A stretch of 64,000 nt of DNA from positions 1,696,001 through 1,760,000 of the forward strand of contig CAXXWQ010000004.1 of assembly GCA_963674945.2 (NCBI GenBank). The letters are read 5' to 3'. Origin of the DNA: an uncultured Desulfosarcina sp. (GTDB taxonomy: Bacteria > Desulfobacterota > Desulfobacteria > Desulfobacterales > Desulfosarcinaceae). The notes under the pieces were generated by a model that saw only the letters and a program-made list of their open reading frames with translations, was not told the DNA's origin and did no database searches. How positions within the stretch are numbered: the stretch's first letter is position 1; the number at the start of each line of letters is the position of its first letter. Shown here piece by piece: positions 29,482 to 39,781 of this stretch. A program made the position numbers and the translations under genes.

Positions 29482-30535
29482 CTACTCGACTATCGGTGGA
29501 TCGACTTCGAGAAGACGCAGGGCCTTTTCGGGGGATCTGCACGGCGTCACCCGGTACCCCAACCGTTTGAGAATCTTGTCGACCATATCGACAATCATCT
29601 GCTCGTCATCAATGAACAGGATTCGTTCGCTTCCCGCTGAGATCCGTGCTTCCGGAAGGACATGGTCCTGTTCCGGCAGCGCGTCCACCAGTGGGAAAAA
29701 AAGTTCGAATTCGGCTCCCCTGCCCGGTGAACTGTTCATAGCGATACCGCCGCCATAGCTTTCCATGATCCCATGAAGCATGGACAACCCCATTCCGGTT
29801 CCCTTCCCCATTTCCTTGGTGGTGAAGTAGGGTTCGAAAATTCGACGTTTTGCCTCCTCCTGGATGCCGACCCCCGTATCCGCCACCACCACCTTCACAT
29901 AGCGGCCCGGAGCGATCGGGTGGATGACGCCTTGTAAAGGCTGTTCTACGGTCACGTTTTTCGACAGCACCGACAGGCGCCCCCCCCTCCTCTTCCATTG
30001 CGTGGCCGGCATTGGTAAGCAGATTGATCATGATCTGGTGAATTTGGGTGGCATCCGCCATGATCACGTCGTTTTCCAGGGAAAGGGTTTTCACGATGTC
30101 GATGTTTGCCGGAATCGTCGCCCGCAGCAGTTGTATCGCCTCTTCCATGATCGGAACCAGGTGAGTGGGGCCATTGCCTGATTGGCCCTGACATTTTGGA
30201 CCATCTCTGCCAATTGCGCCACCTCCCCGGGATGGCTCGTTAAATAGGCCCGGATATCCTGGACACCGGACTGCCTTAGTCGTGCCGCCGCCTGTTCAAC
30301 GGCCGAGAAATCTTGTATCACCAGTCCGATGGGGGAATCTTCGAAAAAAATCCGGTGAAACGCCTCGCTTTCGATCAGTTTTTTTCTGACTGTTTTCCGT
30401 GATCGGCGTGAAACGGAGCGTCATTCTGGCCAGGGCAGACTCGGCCTCGGCCCTTTTCTTTGACACCTGAATCAAAAGACCCAACAATCCGATTGTAACC
30501 ACCAATAGAAAGGCTATGAAAACATAGGATTCCAT
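29482..30535 (-). pseudogene. Decayed hybrid sensor histidine kinase
   Basis: TM, PAS-like, HATPase and partial REC fragments spread over several frames; no HisKA segment. Confidence 0.8.
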
Positions 30536-30806
30536 AAGCTCTTACGATAGTAAATGGACGAAGCCTCGGGATATTCAAAAACAGGAGAGGAGAAACCAGC
30601 GCAATGGGGATAGGAAAACCAGTTTTTTAAAACACTTGCTTCTATTTTTTATAGACGAAGTGCGTCCTTTTGGCAACTAGGAAGCGTGAAATGTTATCTT
30701 TATACGGTGAAAAAGAAAGGATCCGACCACCGGCCGATCGCGACAGTGATATTGGGGGATCGGCCGGTGAGAGGGCATTGGAAGCCATCTAAAAAATGAA
30801 TACTGC

Positions 30807-31880
30807 CTACGCGTCGTCGTCTTGAATATACCGGGCCACAAGATCCCCGATTTCACTGGTGGATTTTCCCATTTTGCCCACGGACAGATCTCGTACATCG
30901 TTTGCCACCACTTTCATCACGGCGGATTCGATGCGGCGGGCGCCGGAATCTTCATTCAGATGCGCAAGCATCAGTTGGGCCGCCAGGATGCAGGCCAGTG
31001 GATTGATCATGTTCTTGCCGGTGTACTTGGGCGCCGAACCGCCGATGGGCTCGAACATGGATACCCCTTCGGGATTGATATTTCCACCGGCGGCGATTCC
31101 CAGTCCACCCTGAATGATGGCACCGATATCCGTAATGATATCCCCGAACATGTTGTCCGTCACGATAACATCGAACCATTCGGGATTCTTGATCATCCAC
31201 ATACTCGTCGCATCGACGTGGGCATAATCGGTCTCGATGTCTGGATACTCCTTGCCCACCTCGTAAAACACCCGTTCCCACATGTCGAAGGCGTAGGTCA
31301 ACACATTGGTTTTCCCGCACAGGGTCAGTTTCTTTCTTTTGTTGCGTTTCCGACAATAGTCGAATGCATAACGGATGCACCGTTCGACGCCCATGCGGGT
31401 ATTGATGGATTCTTGCACGGCAATCTCATGGGGAGTTCCCTTTCTTAGAAAACCACCCCCGCCCGCATAGAGACCTTCGGTATTTTCCCTTACGACGACG
31501 AAATCGATATCCTCGGGCCCCTTGTCCCTGAGCGGCGTCTGTACGCCGGGATACAGAATCACGGGCCGTAGGTTGATGTACTGGTCCAATTGAAAACGAA
31601 GGGTCAACAAAAGCCCTTTTTCCAATATTCCGGGTTTGACGTCCGGATGGCCGATGGCACCGAGCAAAATCGCATCGAAGCCGGTCAGTTCGTCGACGAT
31701 GCCCGGCGGAAGAATTTCCTTGGTCTTCAGGTAACGGTTGCCGCCGAGGTCAAAAGGTGTCATCTCCAGATCGAATGCCTCTTTTTCCGCCGTGGCAAAA
31801 AGTGTCTTCACCGCCTCGGCAACGACTTCCGGTCCGGTTCCATCACCTGGTAACAATGCGATCTTATATGTTTTTGCCAT
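30807..31880 (-). CDS. leuB: 3-isopropylmalate dehydrogenase (or related beta-decarboxylating dehydrogenase)
   Basis: GDGTGPEV, NLRP, VRENTEG, DNMFGDIITD, EPIGGSAP. Confidence 0.88.
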   Translation of the reverse strand: MAKTYKIALLPGDGTGPEVVAEAVKTLFATAEKEAFDLEMTPFDLGGNRYLKTKEILPPGIVDELTGFDAILLGAIGHPDVKPGILEKGLLLTLRFQLDQYINLRPVILYPGVQTPLRDKGPEDIDFVVVRENTEGLYAGGGGFLRKGTPHEIAVQESINTRMGVERCIRYAFDYCRKRNKRKKLTLCGKTNVLTYAFDMWERVFYEVGKEYPDIETDYAHVDATSMWMIKNPEWFDVIVTDNMFGDIITDIGAIIQGGLGIAAGGNINPEGVSMFEPIGGSAPKYTGKNMINPLACILAAQLMLAHLNEDSGARRIESAVMKVVANDVRDLSVGKMGKSTSEIGDLVARYIQDDDA

Positions 31881-31906
31881 TTGGATCTCCTGTGTACGGG
31901 TTTGCG

Positions 31907-32659
31907 TTACAATTTTTGCTTTGCCATATACACGTATCGGTCGGATCGATAGTACATGTGCGTAATGGCAACGGGATGTTCTTTTTCTGTATAGTAAATG
32001 TTTTGGACGAAAAATAGTGGAAAGCCGAAATCCACGTTAAGTATCCGTGCCAGATCCAGATCTGCGATGGATGCCTGTACGGTTTGTGCCATGGATTTCA
32101 ATTTGATCTGGCAGGCCCTTTGAAAAATATCGACAAAAGGTACCTCTTCGATCTCTTGGCTGGGCAGCTTGGAAAACAGGCTGCTGGCACCATAGGTGAT
32201 ATAGTAGGAGATGGGAATCTTGTTGAGGCTGCGAACGCGTGTGATGCGCTGTACCGTCTGTTTTGGTGTAAGGCGCAGCATCTGGCGGATCGGCACCGGG
32301 CAGGCCATCGTCTTTCGTTCCATGAGTTTTGCCGTTATGCCCAGTTTCTTTCCCGTCGCCGAATCCACCCAAGTCCGAAAGTCCCCGGTGATTTCGATCT
32401 CCACCCGGCTGTTTTCCGGCTCGGCCACCTGGGGACGCGTCCCCCGTCTGGGAACGATATACCCCTCCCGGGCAAGCTGTTCCACGGCACGCCGGATGGT
32501 GATGTTGCTTACGTTGAAGGCTTTTTCCAGTTCCCTGGCCGACGGGATGCAATCCCCCGGACCATATTCATGGTTCGCGATGCGGGTTTTGATGGTTTCG
32601 GCAACCTGAACAAACAGGGGTATGGATTGAATCTGCATTTTTTTCGTGTCTGTTATCAT
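31907..32659 (-). CDS. GntR-family (HutC/UTRA) regulator
   Basis: IPSARELEKAFNVSNITIRRAV HTH with UTRA-like C-terminus. Confidence 0.92.
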   Translation of the reverse strand: MITDTKKMQIQSIPLFVQVAETIKTRIANHEYGPGDCIPSARELEKAFNVSNITIRRAVEQLAREGYIVPRRGTRPQVAEPENSRVEIEITGDFRTWVDSATGKKLGITAKLMERKTMACPVPIRQMLRLTPKQTVQRITRVRSLNKIPISYYITYGASSLFSKLPSQEIEEVPFVDIFQRACQIKLKSMAQTVQASIADLDLARILNVDFGFPLFFVQNIYYTEKEHPVAITHMYYRSDRYVYMAKQKL

Positions 32660-32694
32660 CGTTTGGATACTATGCTTCCGGCCCAAGCTGATAT

Positions 32695-32710
32695 TGTTAG
32701 TATACGAACA
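32695..32710. promoter_or_regulatory. Candidate GntR/HutC operator
   Basis: TGTTAGTATACGAACA near-perfect palindrome in the divergent intergenic region. Confidence 0.55.
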
Positions 32711-32870
32711 TACGATGTTGGAACCGTCTTCGTCAAGCGTTTATGAATTCGAATAGTTTTGATTGAATAGTTCCTTCGAAGATGGAATATTTAAATGAAT
32801 CCAACGTTCGCAATTCATCCCAAGCCGAGCGAACAGAATCCCGAAATTCGGGCATTGGGCTGGAGGGAAA

Positions 32871-35144
32871 ATGATGGGGAGACGCGATCCGACGGTCGTA
32901 GACAAGATTTCAAAGGTTTTTCAAAACGCCCATTCCCAGGGACGCGACGTGCTTTTCGAATACGAGGTATACCGGATTCTCCGGAACCTGGGCATCCGGG
33001 TGCCCGAACATTTCGTCGCCCGATGCGCGGCGGACATCACCGAAAGGCGGCTGGCAAGGCTCGGCAGCGAGAAGGTGGTCCTGAAGGTGATATCTCCCAC
33101 GGTCGTGCACAAACAAAGCCGGGGGGGGGTGCGGATCGTGATTCGGGACCTGGATTTCATCCGGTACACCTTCCATCGGCTGGTCGCCGACTTCGAGGAG
33201 AAAAACACCCCTGTTGCAGGAATCCTTCTCGTCTCCCACGTTACCTACTCCGAAGCGCTGGGGAACGAGGCCTTGCTGGGTTTCCGGGAGAGTGAGGCCT
33301 TCGGTCCGGTGATCTCCTTTTCCAAGGGAGGTGACGATGCCGAGCACTTCGCCCGCTATTTCTCACCGCCCAATCTCATCATGGCACCCATCGACCGAAA
33401 GTGGGCACAGGCGCTTCTGGCGTCCACCAGTATCCAGAAAAAATATCTCGAACAGGGACATGCCGATTACATCACCGAAATCGTCGACGCGGGCATCTGC
33501 CTTAGCGATCTGGCCGTGAACTTCTCCGGTTACTTTCCGGCCGCAACCCGATTCATCATCACCGAGTTCGAAATCAACCCCTTTGTCTTCACACCCCACG
33601 GCGAGTTCATCGCCCTGGATGGATTCGCCCGCTTTCGGCCACGTAAAGTACCGGTGGAAAAACTGACCGTGGCCCCCAAATCCACGGTACGACCCTTTTT
33701 CGAACCGGTCGGCGTCGCCGTCATCGGCGTCTCCACATCGGACAACGCAAAGATGGGAAACATCATCGCGGCGAACCTGATCCGCATGAAACGGTCCGAC
33801 GTACATCTCGTCAATCCCAAGGGTGGAACGGTTTCCATGGAAGGCCGGTCCATGCCGGTCTATCGATCCTTGGCCGATATCGAGGACCCCGTGGAACTGG
33901 TCATCATCACGGTTCCGGCCAAAACCGCCGTGTCGGTGGTGGAAACATGCGCGGGCAAGAAGGTCAAGGCGGTCATCCTCATTTCCGGAGGGTTCAGTGA
34001 GTTAAAAAGCCACCATCACGAGGAAGATCGAATCCTGGAACTGGCCGGAAAAGGAGGATTTCGAGTGCTCGGGCCCAACTGCCTGGGGATCGTCTATGCC
34101 GGTCAGAACGACAATCCGGGCATCAACACCTTTTTCGTCCCCGAAGAGAAATTCACCCTCAACCTGGAAAAAGAGAACAAGGTGGCCATCATGTCCCAAA
34201 GCGGCGCATTGGGCATCATCGAGATCGACAACCTGAAAAACGCCATCTCTCCCAAAGTAATCGTCAGCTACGGCAACCAGTTGGACATCGATCCGTGCGA
34301 CCTGGTCGCCTACTTCCAGGACGACCCCATGGTCAACGTCATCGCTTGTTACATCGAGGGGTTCAAACCCAGGGCCGGACGAAAGTTCTTCGATGTGGTG
34401 GCAAGCAGCAAGAAACCGGTGATCGTCTACAAGGCGGGTCGCACGCCGGCCGGCCAAAAGGCCACCGCGTCGCACACCGCCTCCATCGCCGGCGAGTATG
34501 CAGTGGCACGGGCCGCCATGAAACAGGCCGGCGCCATCGTCGCCGACACCATGATCGACCACGGAGACCTCATTAAAACCTTTGCCCTGCTCAACGACTT
34601 TGCGGTACATGGCAACCGGGTGGCCATCATCGCCAACGCCGGATACGAAAAGACCAGCGCGGCGGACAACCTGGGCGATCTCCAGTTGGCTGCGTTCGAC
34701 GATAAGACCCTTTCCGCCCTGCGGGCCGTCATGCCTCCCATGGTGGAACCGGACCCGCTGTTGGACCTGACCCCCATGGCAGACGACGAGGTGTTCGAAA
34801 GGGTCGTGGAAACCGTCTTGCAATCCGATCTCGTCGACGCCCTTTTCATTTCCATCGTCCCCCAAAGCGTCTTGATTCATACCACGGACGAGGAAATTCG
34901 CGCCAATCCGAACAACATCGCCGCCCGTATCATCAAGACGGTGCACCGTTTCAAGAAACCCACGGTCGTGTCGGTCTGCGTGGTCTCCCGGGCCGACGCC
35001 GTTTACAACGAGCTGATTCGCTCCTTCGACGGCGGGGGCGTTCCCACCTATCTGACGGCCAATCGCGCCATGCTTTGTCTGAACGCCTTTGTTCGGTACC
35101 GGATGATGCGGCAGACGAAACGCCTCGACGACTGGCTGAGATAG
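32871..35144 (+). CDS. ADP-forming acetate/acyl-CoA ligase family protein (ATP-grasp N-terminal)
   Basis: VVLKVISP..VHK..GGV, EINP, VAVIGVS, GPNCLG, SQSGALG, SYGNQLD, SHTASIAG. Confidence 0.9.
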   Translation: MMGRRDPTVVDKISKVFQNAHSQGRDVLFEYEVYRILRNLGIRVPEHFVARCAADITERRLARLGSEKVVLKVISPTVVHKQSRGGVRIVIRDLDFIRYTFHRLVADFEEKNTPVAGILLVSHVTYSEALGNEALLGFRESEAFGPVISFSKGGDDAEHFARYFSPPNLIMAPIDRKWAQALLASTSIQKKYLEQGHADYITEIVDAGICLSDLAVNFSGYFPAATRFIITEFEINPFVFTPHGEFIALDGFARFRPRKVPVEKLTVAPKSTVRPFFEPVGVAVIGVSTSDNAKMGNIIAANLIRMKRSDVHLVNPKGGTVSMEGRSMPVYRSLADIEDPVELVIITVPAKTAVSVVETCAGKKVKAVILISGGFSELKSHHHEEDRILELAGKGGFRVLGPNCLGIVYAGQNDNPGINTFFVPEEKFTLNLEKENKVAIMSQSGALGIIEIDNLKNAISPKVIVSYGNQLDIDPCDLVAYFQDDPMVNVIACYIEGFKPRAGRKFFDVVASSKKPVIVYKAGRTPAGQKATASHTASIAGEYAVARAAMKQAGAIVADTMIDHGDLIKTFALLNDFAVHGNRVAIIANAGYEKTSAADNLGDLQLAAFDDKTLSALRAVMPPMVEPDPLLDLTPMADDEVFERVVETVLQSDLVDALFISIVPQSVLIHTTDEEIRANPNNIAARIIKTVHRFKKPTVVSVCVVSRADAVYNELIRSFDGGGVPTYLTANRAMLCLNAFVRYRMMRQTKRLDDWLR

Positions 35145-35147
35145 ACC

Positions 35148-36095
35148 ATGATCGTCTCTTCCAGCGTCAAAACGGCGCTCGGGGTTGCCGCGGCAACACT
35201 TGCCCTCTTCGTCGTTCTGGGAGCATTTGGCCATCTTCTTGCCCCCAAAAGCATCCGCGAACAGATTCTTTCCAGCCGCAGTTGTCGACTCTGCGATCTC
35301 TCCGGCATCGATCTGAACGACGCCGATCTTTCCGGCGTCGACTTTACCGGTGCCATCCTCAACGACACGGTGTTTACCGGTGCGGTGCTGAAAAACGCGA
35401 ATCTGAACGGTGCAGATGTCCGGCATGCCCGTTTTGACGATGCGATCCTGGACGGCGCCGCATGGGTCAATGGCCTCGTCTGCGGACCCGATTCCATCGG
35501 CCGCTGCCTGACGACGCCTGTCACCACGTTGATGACATCGGGACAATGTCCGGATTGTAACCTGAAATCAGCCACCCTCGGCTTTCTCAACCTTACCGAG
35601 GCCTCGATCCAAGGTGCAGATCTGACCCGGGCCGATCTGACACACACAAACCTTACCGGCGCAAACCTGTATCGGGCCAACCTGACCCGGGTCGTGGCAG
35701 TGCATGCCAACTGTTCCGAATCACTCTTATCGGAAGTGGATTGTACCGAGGCCAAACTGATGCACGCCGATCTCTCCGGGGCGTACATGAGAAAATCCTT
35801 GTTGGTCCATGCCTCTCTTCGAAACAGTGTACTGGCGAAATCCGATTTACGCCATGCCACCCTCTTCGAAGCGGATCTGACCGGTGCAGACCTTTCCGGT
35901 GCAGACCTTTCCGGCGCCAACTTGAAGATGGCCAACCTGTCCGGCGCGACATTGGCCGGTGCGAATCTGGAAAAGGCCAATCTTGACGGGGCGACCGTAA
36001 GCGGTTTGAATATCGACGACGCCTATCTGGTTGGTGCCGTCTGGGCCAACGGAAAACGGTGCAGAACCGGTTCCGTCGGAAGGTGTGTACAGTAA
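35148..36095 (+). CDS. Pentapeptide-repeat protein with N-terminal TM
   Basis: A(D/N)LxG repeats in two Cys-capped modules. Confidence 0.93.
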   Translation: MIVSSSVKTALGVAAATLALFVVLGAFGHLLAPKSIREQILSSRSCRLCDLSGIDLNDADLSGVDFTGAILNDTVFTGAVLKNANLNGADVRHARFDDAILDGAAWVNGLVCGPDSIGRCLTTPVTTLMTSGQCPDCNLKSATLGFLNLTEASIQGADLTRADLTHTNLTGANLYRANLTRVVAVHANCSESLLSEVDCTEAKLMHADLSGAYMRKSLLVHASLRNSVLAKSDLRHATLFEADLTGADLSGADLSGANLKMANLSGATLAGANLEKANLDGATVSGLNIDDAYLVGAVWANGKRCRTGSVGRCVQ

Positions 36096-36164
36096 AACCC
36101 TGGCCCATAGGATTAGGCTTTGGGCTCCCCTATAAGGGGGTTGCATCATGAGCGCATGGTATCT

Positions 36165-36287
36165 CAGGAGCCAGGAGCCAGAATTCAGGAGCCAGAATGA
36201 ATGTGTGTCGCTTCGCTTCGTCGAATTTGATAAAATAGATCGAGTCGAAGGCGAATACCTGATTCTGAATTCTGACTCCTGGATTCC
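36165..36287. repeat. Heptamer-based inverted repeat (REP-like element)
   Basis: AGGAGCC/AGAATTC units facing GAATTCT/GACTCCT units around an inner hairpin. Confidence 0.7.
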
Positions 36288-36362
36288 CGTACCAAATCAT
36301 ACGGCAGCGCTTTATCTTTTGCGTTAGCCCAGAATAATAGATTCTCCGAAAGGTGTAACCAA

Positions 36363-37535
36363 ATGAACCATCTCGCTGTTGCCGACATCGATCTTCGCGC
36401 GCTTGCCCACAATGTCACCCAACTTCGCGGCGTAAGCCCCGGCGCCCGCATGATGGCGGTGGTCAAGGCCGACGGCTACGGTCACGGCGCGGTTCCGGTG
36501 GCCCGTACGGCCCTGGAAACCGGCGCCACCCATCTGGCCGTAGCCAGAATTTCGGAGGCCGACCAGCTGAGAGACGCCGGTATCCATGCTCCGATCCTGC
36601 TCTTCGGCCACTGCCCGGCGAAAGCCGTGGACCACCTGATTGGAAATGAAATAACGGCCACCGTCAATACCGGTGATGCGGCCCGGGCCATGTCGAATGA
36701 GGCGCTGCGGTCAGGGAAAAGACTGAAGGTGCACATCAAGGTGGATACCGGCATGGGCAGGTTGGGCCTTGTGGCGGCGACCGCGGGACTCGACGCAAAC
36801 CATCGGTCCGGCCGCGTCATCGGTGAGGTAGCGCGACAGATCCTCGACGTGGCCAAATTACCCGGCCTTCACGTCGAGGGCATATTCACCCACTTCGCCA
36901 ACGCCGACAGCCGGGACAAAAGCCATGCGCAACGCCAGCTTTCCATCTTCATGGATCTCCTGGCGGAACTGAAGGGGCAGTCCTTCGAGGTTCCCATCCG
37001 CCATTGTGCCAACAGTGCCGCAACCATCGAGATGCCCGAGACCCATCTGGATATGGTTCGCCCCGGAATCGCCCTTTACGGACTGTGGCCGTCCGAAGAG
37101 GTGGACCGCCGCCGCATCGACCTGAAACCCGTGATGACCTTTCGTTCCAAGGTCGTTCAGGCCAAACAGGCGCCCGCCGGCTTTGTTGTCAGCTACGGCA
37201 GTACCTATCGAACCGCGTGTCCCACCCGGATCGCCACCATCGCCCTGGGATATGCCGACGGCCTCAACCGTCTTCTCTCTTCAAAGGGGTTTCTCCTTAT
37301 TGGAGGCCAACGATGCCCCATCATCGGCAGGGTCTGCATGGACCTTGTCATGGCGGATGTCACCCACCTGCCCCGGGTCGCCGTTGGAGACGAATGCGTT
37401 GCCATCGGGCGACAGGAGGGCGAACAGATCACGGCGGAAGAAGTGGCGAAACAGGTGGGAACCATCAACTACGAAATTGTCACCTCCATCACGGCGCGGG
37501 TTCACCGTGTGTATCGCAAGGAAGGCGATTCATGA
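36363..37535 (+). CDS. alr: Alanine racemase
   Basis: AVVKADGYGHG, HIKVDTGMGRLG, VRPGIALYG, GRVCMD, GTINYE. Confidence 0.98.
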   Translation: MNHLAVADIDLRALAHNVTQLRGVSPGARMMAVVKADGYGHGAVPVARTALETGATHLAVARISEADQLRDAGIHAPILLFGHCPAKAVDHLIGNEITATVNTGDAARAMSNEALRSGKRLKVHIKVDTGMGRLGLVAATAGLDANHRSGRVIGEVARQILDVAKLPGLHVEGIFTHFANADSRDKSHAQRQLSIFMDLLAELKGQSFEVPIRHCANSAATIEMPETHLDMVRPGIALYGLWPSEEVDRRRIDLKPVMTFRSKVVQAKQAPAGFVVSYGSTYRTACPTRIATIALGYADGLNRLLSSKGFLLIGGQRCPIIGRVCMDLVMADVTHLPRVAVGDECVAIGRQEGEQITAEEVAKQVGTINYEIVTSITARVHRVYRKEGDS

Positions 37536-38407
37536 AAATTCCCACCGACCCAAAGATCGTCGATGCGCTGCGCGTCTCGAGTCGTATTCGAGGCAAGGGA
37601 AAACTGGGCGGTTTTGCCTATCGGGTAGATGGCACCGTGCCCTGCATCGCCACCGCCATCCACGCCGGCGGCCGCGTCAGGGAGGAACTTATCTCCTTAA
37701 TGGCCATGGACACCGCCCAGCGCTATTACGAGGAAGACCCGGCCACCGATACCATGATCGAAAAAGCGGTTTCGGCGGTATGGGGTCTCGATTCCAGAAG
37801 CGAATACGACCTGAATCGACCGCCCGAGGCGGCCGTTCCCGTAAAAGCCGAACAATTTTGGGGAAACGTCGTATACAACAACCCGCCGGACGACGAAATG
37901 GTTCAAAAAAGTCTGGCCAAGCACAGGGAATTCTACGATTTCATGGGCAGTTGGGTAAAGGTGATGACCAATCGGTTCGACGCATTGGTGGTGTATGACA
38001 TCCACAGCTACAATATCGGCCGGCAGGTGAAGAAGGGAATCGAATCGCCGCCGGTGTTCAACCTGGGAACCGGATCCATCGACCGTGGGCGTTGGGAAAA
38101 AGTCGTGGAACAGTGGCTCCGGCTTCTGGAAAATATCGGTATTCCAGAGGTAAAAACAACGGTGGCGGAAAACGTCGTGTTTCAGGGAAAAGGAGAACTA
38201 TGTCGGCGGTTAACCCGGTGGGATCCAGCGATTCTGGTACTGTCCACCGAAGTATCCAAAGTCTACATGGATGAAACCACGGGACAACTTGACTGGACGG
38301 CCATCGGTGCGCTTCGTGATGGTTTGGGCCGGGCCATGCAAGATCACACCCGCTGGTTTATGGAAGCACTGATGCGATCTCGAAATACTCCGGTGCGCAG
38401 GTCGTAA
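37532..38407 (+). CDS. N-formylglutamate amidohydrolase family protein
   Basis: ATAIHAG, EEDPAT, SRSEYDLNR, YDIHSYN, FNLGT; ATGA overlap with alr. Confidence 0.85.
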   Translation: MKIPTDPKIVDALRVSSRIRGKGKLGGFAYRVDGTVPCIATAIHAGGRVREELISLMAMDTAQRYYEEDPATDTMIEKAVSAVWGLDSRSEYDLNRPPEAAVPVKAEQFWGNVVYNNPPDDEMVQKSLAKHREFYDFMGSWVKVMTNRFDALVVYDIHSYNIGRQVKKGIESPPVFNLGTGSIDRGRWEKVVEQWLRLLENIGIPEVKTTVAENVVFQGKGELCRRLTRWDPAILVLSTEVSKVYMDETTGQLDWTAIGALRDGLGRAMQDHTRWFMEALMRSRNTPVRRS

Positions 38408-38713
38408 TACCTTTTCCAATAAATCGTGGGACATATCCAATCCGTCCACCACCCCGTCGGAATCCGTGTCTGAAACAACCAACCTGAGAGCAAAAAAATG
38501 CCACCTCAATCGGTTAAGGATTCGCAGATGACTCACATATAAAAAAACTACTTGAAAAATAGACGAAAAAATTATAGTTATTTTCGATTATGCACTCGGA
38601 AAAACGATTTGCAATTTCGTTTCTCCAAACCTGATCTTTTTGGAATCGACGGTTTGCATCGACCCTTCCCGTCACGATATCCAACATCGAAAATCTGTGG
38701 CAGAGGAGATTTT

Positions 38714-39649
38714 ATGCGATCATTGGGAATGATGTTGCTTGCATGTCTGTCCGTTTTTTCTCTTGACCTCTCACCTTGCCAGGCCGCGGAACCAATTATC
38801 ATCGATCACGCCAGTACCGACATCACAAAAATACCCCGGGCCGCCATTGAACAGGCCAAGGCAAACCTGCACATCGCCTACGGCCACACATCCCATGGCA
38901 GCCAGTTGACCACCGGGATGACCGGCCTCGTTGCCTTCGCCAACAGCGGGGGAAAGGGGCTTTCCCTGCCGACCGATATATTTCAGTGGAACAACGGAGG
39001 CATTGGTGGGGCACTGGATCTGCATGACTACGCCATGGGCGGTGATGTAGGATACTACCCCCAATGGGTCGACAACACGCGAAATTATTTAGACGACCCC
39101 TCCCACAGCGATGTGAACGTGATCATCTGGTCCTGGTGCGGACAGGTGGACAACAAGTATTCGGCTGGCACGCTGGACAGTGAGTATCTGACCCCCATGG
39201 CCCAGCTGGAAGCCGATTATCCCAATGTGACCTTCGTTTACATGACCGGTCATGTGGATATATATGATGACGCCGACAACAAGGCCGCCAATGAGATGAT
39301 CCGGGACTTTTGCAATGCGAACAAAAAAGTTCTTTACGATTTCGCCGACATCGAGTGCTACGATCCGGACGGAACCCATTATGAATATGTCCACGATAAC
39401 TGCAACTACTACGACGCCCCGTTACCAGGAGGGACGCAACTGGGAAACTGGGCCACCGAATGGCAAAATTCCCACACCGTAACTGTGGACTGGTACGATT
39501 GCGGTGCCGCCCATAGCGTATCTATCAATGCCAACCAGAAAGCCTATGCCGCCTGGTGGCTGTGGGCGAGACTCGGCGGGTGGGAAGGACCGGCCACAAA
39601 TGCACCGGCCATGAATCCGTCCATCTATCCGCTTCTTCTGTTACAATAG
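38714..39649 (+). CDS. Secreted hypothetical protein (possibly SGNH-like hydrolase)
   Basis: SD GAGGAG, signal peptide ...CQA, YGHTSHGSQL, WSWCG, YDFADIE, hydrophobic C-terminal tail. Confidence 0.7.
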   Translation: MRSLGMMLLACLSVFSLDLSPCQAAEPIIIDHASTDITKIPRAAIEQAKANLHIAYGHTSHGSQLTTGMTGLVAFANSGGKGLSLPTDIFQWNNGGIGGALDLHDYAMGGDVGYYPQWVDNTRNYLDDPSHSDVNVIIWSWCGQVDNKYSAGTLDSEYLTPMAQLEADYPNVTFVYMTGHVDIYDDADNKAANEMIRDFCNANKKVLYDFADIECYDPDGTHYEYVHDNCNYYDAPLPGGTQLGNWATEWQNSHTVTVDWYDCGAAHSVSINANQKAYAAWWLWARLGGWEGPATNAPAMNPSIYPLLLLQ

Positions 39650-39781
39650 GTCTTCGTGCTGGAGGCGAATTGGTGTTCTTTCCATATCGAGCCAACGAAA
39701 CAGGAAAAAATGAATTAAAAAAAGGGGTGTATCGTGATAAGATAAGCCAACGTTGATTTCCCTTCATCAAATGAGGTAACG

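Noticed and set aside
34002..35980. 514-aa and 310-aa minus-strand ORFs
   Set aside because: Shadows of the acyl-CoA ligase and pentapeptide genes.
37004..37531. N-terminal extension of the 467-aa ORF-track call
   Set aside because: Overlaps alr in another frame; the real start is ATG 37532.
38420..38490. Minus-strand DTDSDGVVDGLD dockerin/EF-hand-like peptide
   Set aside because: Too short, no credible start, and the ORF runs antisense into the amidohydrolase gene; at most a tiny remnant.
38600..38710. Possible c-di-GMP riboswitch upstream of the secreted protein
   Set aside because: The GCAAACC-like motif is on the wrong strand and the paired GAAA/GACGCAAAGC elements are absent.
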